This document shows, piece after piece, positions 59,455 to 64,000 of a stretch of DNA of 64,000 nt (the first letter of the stretch is position 1; each line of letters begins with the position of its first letter). The stretch is taken from NCBI GenBank assembly GCA_965228855.1, contig CBDDIJ010000005.1, positions 1,408,001 to 1,472,000 on the forward strand. The letters are read 5' to 3'. Position numbers and translations under genes: made by a program. The notes below the pieces were generated by a model. The model ran no database searches. It saw nothing but the letters and a program-made list of their open reading frames with translations, and was not told where the DNA came from. This DNA comes from Candidatus Obscuribacterales bacterium. GTDB taxonomy: Bacteria; Cyanobacteriota; Vampirovibrionia; Obscuribacterales; Obscuribacteraceae.

Positions 59455-60345
59455 ATGAAATTGAAATTCAAAACGCTACTAGGTTTGGTGGCATTAACTA
59501 TCGGACTTGGAACCTTGCCTGCTAACGCAGGGTTCAACCAGGGTAACTGGGTCACATTCAGCGGCGAACCGATGTTCCAGGTCAAAAGCGGAGCTGCCGG
59601 CTTATCAGCTGAGCGCCGCGCCTGGGTCGCCCAGGACAACCTGGACAACGCGCTCGCAGTGAACCCGAGCAAGTCGCCGAGTACGGTCCAGGTCTGCAAA
59701 GTCAACGGTGGATACACCGTCCAGGTCGGTGGGAAATATATTCTCACAGCCGATGCCGATAGTGCACGAATGGAGAACATGAGCGCGCTCGAATTGGCCA
59801 ACGCCTGGGCCGGCGCCATAAAGGACCGACTCGCCAATCGAGACGACTCTCAACGCTACATCTCGACACTGCGAGACGAACATGCATTGCAAGCCAACGT
59901 TTCTGTAACCGAAACAGATATCGTCCGCTCGCGCGAAGAGGGCATTCCGTTCAGAATGGCTGAAGGAACACTGACCATGAGCCCCGATGTTGCTGATCAG
60001 TGCATCCTCGTGCTCAAGAAGAACGTTGTTCTCCAAAACGGCTACCTGCCGGAACGCTCTATCCTCACTGGCGTGATCTCGAAGGACGGTCAAGGTGAAT
60101 ACGTGACCTTCACGCAAGCCACCACACCGGCTGGAAACACAGTTAAGTTGACCAACGTGGTCGCCTCGGCTGCATTCTCGACAGACGCACCACATCCGGT
60201 GCTGACGCTGAACATGCCGGCTAACCCGCAAACCAGCAGTCGAGAGCCTGCACTAGTCGGTGTTGGTGCTCAAGAGAGCGACATTGCGGTCATCGAGGAG
60301 CGCAACAACATGGTCGCAGTAACCACCGACGACCTGCAAATGTAG
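59455..60345 (+). CDS. Secreted hypothetical protein, paralog 2
   Basis: Signal peptide, SD AGGAG; Q.NLD.AL..SP..V.V..TAD..SA..ELAN.WA..RYIS.L shared with the upstream gene. Confidence 0.8.
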   Translation: MKLKFKTLLGLVALTIGLGTLPANAGFNQGNWVTFSGEPMFQVKSGAAGLSAERRAWVAQDNLDNALAVNPSKSPSTVQVCKVNGGYTVQVGGKYILTADADSARMENMSALELANAWAGAIKDRLANRDDSQRYISTLRDEHALQANVSVTETDIVRSREEGIPFRMAEGTLTMSPDVADQCILVLKKNVVLQNGYLPERSILTGVISKDGQGEYVTFTQATTPAGNTVKLTNVVASAAFSTDAPHPVLTLNMPANPQTSSREPALVGVGAQESDIAVIEERNNMVAVTTDDLQM

Positions 60346-60420
60346 TTACATTCACCTCGTAAGAATCGCGAGATCCGCAAAACTCGCAGTTAACGAAGGA
60401 TTATGGATGTACATGAAAAG

Positions 60421-60454
60421 GAAAAGGACCATCTGACGGATGGTCCTTTTCTTT
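60421..60454 (+). terminator. Rho-independent terminator, possibly bidirectional
   Basis: AAAAGGACCATC-TGACG-GATGGTCCTTTT. Confidence 0.85.
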
Positions 60455-60587
60455 GGTTCGACGGAACCGCACTATTTCAAGAGACCATAATGCTACTTCC
60501 GTTTTGTTTGCTCCTACCTGCCCGCTCCTTATGATTAGTGACAAACTGAGCTGATCCTTACTCTAATGCGCCTGCCGCTCCCAAGCC

Positions 60588-60623
60588 AAAAAAGAGGTCG
60601 CTTCCGCGACCCCTTCCTTTTTT
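60588..60623 (-). terminator. Probable terminator downstream of the CsbD gene
   Basis: A-tract, GGTCGC-TTCC-GCGACC, T-tract. Confidence 0.55.
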
Positions 60624-60680
60624 CGTGGATAGAACCCGTCTTCCTGGACAGCTACCCACTAGTCATTAACAGGCTGTGCG

Positions 60681-60890
60681 TTAACCGCAGCAGTTATTCC
60701 CGTCCATGAATTCATTCACTTCTTTTTCGGCGATTTCTTTGGTGTGACCATAGCGCTTTTGAATACGACCAACCAACTGGTCGCGTTCGCCTTCGATTGC
60801 CAGCATATCGTCATCTGTGAGCTCAGCCCACTTCTCTTTGACTTTGCCTTTCATCTGGTTCCAATCACCCTTCAATTGAAGTTTATTCAT
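60681..60890 (-). CDS. CsbD/YjbJ family stress protein
   Basis: KGDWNQMKGKVKEKWAELTDDD..G.RDQLVGRIQKRYG; SD AGGAG. Confidence 0.92.
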   Translation of the reverse strand: MNKLQLKGDWNQMKGKVKEKWAELTDDDMLAIEGERDQLVGRIQKRYGHTKEIAEKEVNEFMDGNNCCG

Positions 60891-61268
60891 TACTGCTCTC
60901 CTAAAGTTATGGGGAACTCGTTATCTTCGGGCCTGGCCGCAATTCAATCGGCTCTCCCATTGCCGGCGAGTACATCGCCTCTGCGATCTAATTAGCATGT
61001 GCAAATTGGGCTAATGACTCTTGTCAGCCAACTGTTGCAAAACCTGGTGTAGAAAACCGAAACGCTCGGTAGATACAAGCTTGAGCAAAGAAATTTGCAA
61101 ATTCTGCACAAGTTTAAACACGAAAAGCGCCATCAGCAGCGGCGATCCATCGAAACATACACGTTTGTGCTATATCATCTCTGTGAATTTACGGGTTGCA
61201 GTTCTACCCATATGATTGATGCATAGTCTCAACCCCGCCCAATCCCCTTACTCAAAGAGATCATTGAG

Positions 61269-61589
61269 ATGACAGTTTCCAGCAAAGACAACGAGCAAAT
61301 AGGCAGTCTCCTCGTAGACGCAGAAATCGTATCCCCCGATATGGTCGAAATTGCTCTTCAAATATCCGCCGGCTTCGGCGAATCGATCGTTCAAGTTCTC
61401 GCTGATACCAATAGAATCAGCGATTGCGATGTGCAAAACGTCCTGCGCGCTCAGGACATGGTCAACACCGGTAAAGTGGAAGCGAAAGTTGCGACACGCG
61501 CTCTCAATTTCGCACATAAGACCAGACGCGCTTTCAACGACACAGTCTGGACCGACTTCCCCGCCGAGGACATTGCTCGCGCAGCATAA
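61269..61589 (+). CDS. Single MshEN-like repeat protein
   Basis: IGSLLVDAEIVS....AL....VL....IS..D...VL.AQ; resembles one unit of the four-repeat proteins. Confidence 0.55.
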   Translation: MTVSSKDNEQIGSLLVDAEIVSPDMVEIALQISAGFGESIVQVLADTNRISDCDVQNVLRAQDMVNTGKVEAKVATRALNFAHKTRRAFNDTVWTDFPAEDIARAA

Positions 61590-62237
61590 TCGGTAAAAGT
61601 TTTTTCGTGACACTGCAGAATTGGACTTGGTGCTCGGGCGCATCAAGTCTTTTTCTTTGCGGCGAAACCGAAACAGTCGCCTCGACTAGCGCAACTTATC
61701 GTTTCGTCAGCCGGGTCCTTCGACCGTGGCGTGGATCACGTTCGCAAGCGACCGTCAGTTGTGTGCAAACCATTTTGATATTGAACCGCAGAAAAAAACT
61801 TTTCGGGAAGAGCACTTTACTGCAAATGCCCATGAATAGCGCGGTTACACCAAACTCATCATCATGCCAACGCGCATCCCCTTGAATTAATTTGATTACG
61901 ATATGACGCGGTGAAATACTAGTTTTGCGCAAAGTGCGCCATGGGCTTCAATTACGCCCACCCCGATTCCCCGCACCAGATGCAATACCATTGGCGCGAA
62001 GTTCTTATTAAACTAAAACAGTGTCAAACGTCACGGCGAAGACGCAGCGCAATATAACCAGGTTATAGCGTCGCTCATCCGTCCGACTGTCGTACCTGAT
62101 TCATCTATTCAGACGATGCCACCATCGTCGGCTTCTGTCGCACCCGTTCGGTGAGACGAGGCATCCCTTATCCTATAAATGCAATTGACGCAATCCGCCT
62201 TCCGCAGCGGATCGTCACATGCCGCCGGAGTTTCCTC

Positions 62238-63656
62238 ATGGTCGAATTAAACGCAAACAGGGAAATACAGAATCCCTATAATCAGACGCCGGACTTCACA
62301 TTCGAATTGAAGAAGTTCGAAAATTCCACCACGCTCGACTTTTCGCCATACCAGAGCGCGGAAGTACATCTGCTTTCTCCGTTGTCCAACACAGAAAACC
62401 TTCCCGGACTTGGCATTTCGCAAGGACCGGATCTGTTCCTGCCAGATGTTCAAATCGAGCCTGCATACGACTTCAAGGGAGAGCAAAGACTGGCTCAACG
62501 TGGACATAGTGCAGAAATATCAGTGGCACCATCTCCGCCTTCAGATGGTTCTGAGCAACTCAAACCAGCTCAGCCGAAGACTTCAGATCTTCCAGCCAAT
62601 GCAAGAATCGCGCTCGCGGCGGAACGCAACGCCGAAGCCAAACCATGGGTTGGTTCGCGCTATGAGCCGCAGGTGCAAAATGGTCGGTTAGCCGGTGCCG
62701 CAGCGGTTTCAATGGTGCTTCAAGACATCGGCTATGATTACGCCGACTCAGCCAATGTCGGAAAACTGTCGAGCCAACTCGAGCAAAAGGGTTGGCAAAA
62801 GGTTCCGTTGGATCAAGCGAAACCAGGTGATGTCATATATGGTGGTAGGCTAGGAAAGGATTGGCGCGCCGGCGGTGGGAATGCTCATATCGGCATCGTC
62901 GGTCAAGACGGAAAAGTCTGGCACAATGACTCGAAGACCGGCAACTGGCAGGCTGATTCAGTCGCAAGCAGTTTTCCCCCGGAAAAATATGGAGAGCAGG
63001 TCTGGGTCCTTCGCCCGCCACAGTCAGACGTCCCCAACATACCGGTGCCGAATGGTCCGGTGCGCCCGGACCGACCGCATCCGCCCTCACCCGGGCGCGA
63101 TCACCGCCCACGACCTCATTATGTACCGGACGACGTCACGCCCCGCCCGGACGACTATTCGCCACGACCTGGTGACGACCCGAACATCCGACCAGAGGAC
63201 AGCGAAAGAAACATCGAAGCAAACAAACGCATCCTCAAGAAAGCGGCTGCAAACGTCGATAGACGTCTCTGGGCTCAGTCAGACTTTGCAAATTCAGTCA
63301 AAGGCGGTCGGCTTGGGTGCGCAGCATCTGTTTCCGAAGTTCTAAAAATGTCCGGGCTTCATTACGCAAACAGCGCCGGCGTAGGCGGTTTGGTAGACAT
63401 ACTCAAACAACAGGGTTGGACCCGCGTCCCGCTTAGCCAGGCGCAGGCCGGAGACGTAGTCTATGGTGGCAAGCCCGGCACACGCTGGTGGGAAGGCGGC
63501 GGAAACGCTCACATCGGCGTCGTCGGTGAAGATGGACAGGTCTTTCATAACAGTTCCGGACGCAAGCGCTGGGTGCAAGACAATCTCACCACCGTATTCA
63601 ACTCGAAGCGCTTCGGCGACAATCGTTGGGCGCTTCGTCCGCCTCGCAACGGCTAA
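62238..63656 (+). CDS. Protein with two tandem NlpC/P60-CHAP-like (papain-fold amidase) domains
   Basis: Duplicated GRLxxAAxVS..GW..VPL.QA..GDV.YGG..GGGNAHIG.VG.DG.V.HN.S, joined by a Pro/Asp/Arg-rich linker. Confidence 0.75.
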   Translation: MVELNANREIQNPYNQTPDFTFELKKFENSTTLDFSPYQSAEVHLLSPLSNTENLPGLGISQGPDLFLPDVQIEPAYDFKGEQRLAQRGHSAEISVAPSPPSDGSEQLKPAQPKTSDLPANARIALAAERNAEAKPWVGSRYEPQVQNGRLAGAAAVSMVLQDIGYDYADSANVGKLSSQLEQKGWQKVPLDQAKPGDVIYGGRLGKDWRAGGGNAHIGIVGQDGKVWHNDSKTGNWQADSVASSFPPEKYGEQVWVLRPPQSDVPNIPVPNGPVRPDRPHPPSPGRDHRPRPHYVPDDVTPRPDDYSPRPGDDPNIRPEDSERNIEANKRILKKAAANVDRRLWAQSDFANSVKGGRLGCAASVSEVLKMSGLHYANSAGVGGLVDILKQQGWTRVPLSQAQAGDVVYGGKPGTRWWEGGGNAHIGVVGEDGQVFHNSSGRKRWVQDNLTTVFNSKRFGDNRWALRPPRNG

Positions 63657-63848
63657 AATCGAACAGGCCTGGTCTCGGAGCTTTCGGAACATGAACTGTT
63701 GCAACGCGTCATAAGTGGCAGTTGTAATTTTTAAAGCAGGTTAGTAATAGCCTCGGTAGCCGTTGTTACACCAACAATGGCACCATATACGGCACTGCAG
63801 TCGAGCGACCGCAGGCACGACCTTGCTCGTCGTAAAGGAGACGCGATC

Positions 63849-64000
63849 ATGTATAAGTGCACGCACGAAAGCGATGATGGAACCGCCAGGATTTTCTCCG
63901 AGTCACAATGCTCAATCCCGCCAGATACAATCTTCGGTCAGACCGGCACGCAACAAGAACCGCAGCCTGATATACAGTCAGCCAATTTGCTCGATTCCTC
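63849..64000 (+). CDS. Partial hypothetical ORF running off the window
   Basis: SD AAAGGAG 8 nt before ATG; open to the window end. Confidence 0.4.
   Translation, partial: MYKCTHESDDGTARIFSESQCSIPPDTIFGQTGTQQEPQPDIQSANLLDS

Overview
Bacterial chromosomal window of moderate GC (about 52% by eye). It most resembles non-photosynthetic Cyanobacteria relatives (Melainabacteria/Obscuribacterales). This is inferred from the cyanobacterial-type CCA-less tRNA-Glu, stand-alone glyQ, multi-MshEN proteins and a TPR-bearing Ser/Thr kinase. About 1-47 kb holds housekeeping and signalling genes: a MoxR-DUF58-transglutaminase operon, glyQ, a ROK kinase, a CheR plus hybrid-kinase cluster, a radical SAM protein, tRNA-Glu, two four-repeat MshEN proteins, transketolase, a 1670-aa Gly-rich exoprotein, a flippase-GMC-SDR operon, a RedB/RedC-like two-component locus and thrB. 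About 47.4-56.2 kb is an accessory region containing six paralogous small membrane proteins, high-GC3 genes, two small Cys-rich proteins and a complete IS110 element. The strongest result concerns the IS110. Its ends, circle-junction promoter and all four guide segments of the putative bridge RNA can be read from the sequence. Its reconstructed empty site matches an unoccupied copy of an unnamed ~200-bp palindromic repeat 6 kb away. The target core (GT) appears to differ from the donor core (CT). All family assignments come from motif recognition by eye; no database searches were run.
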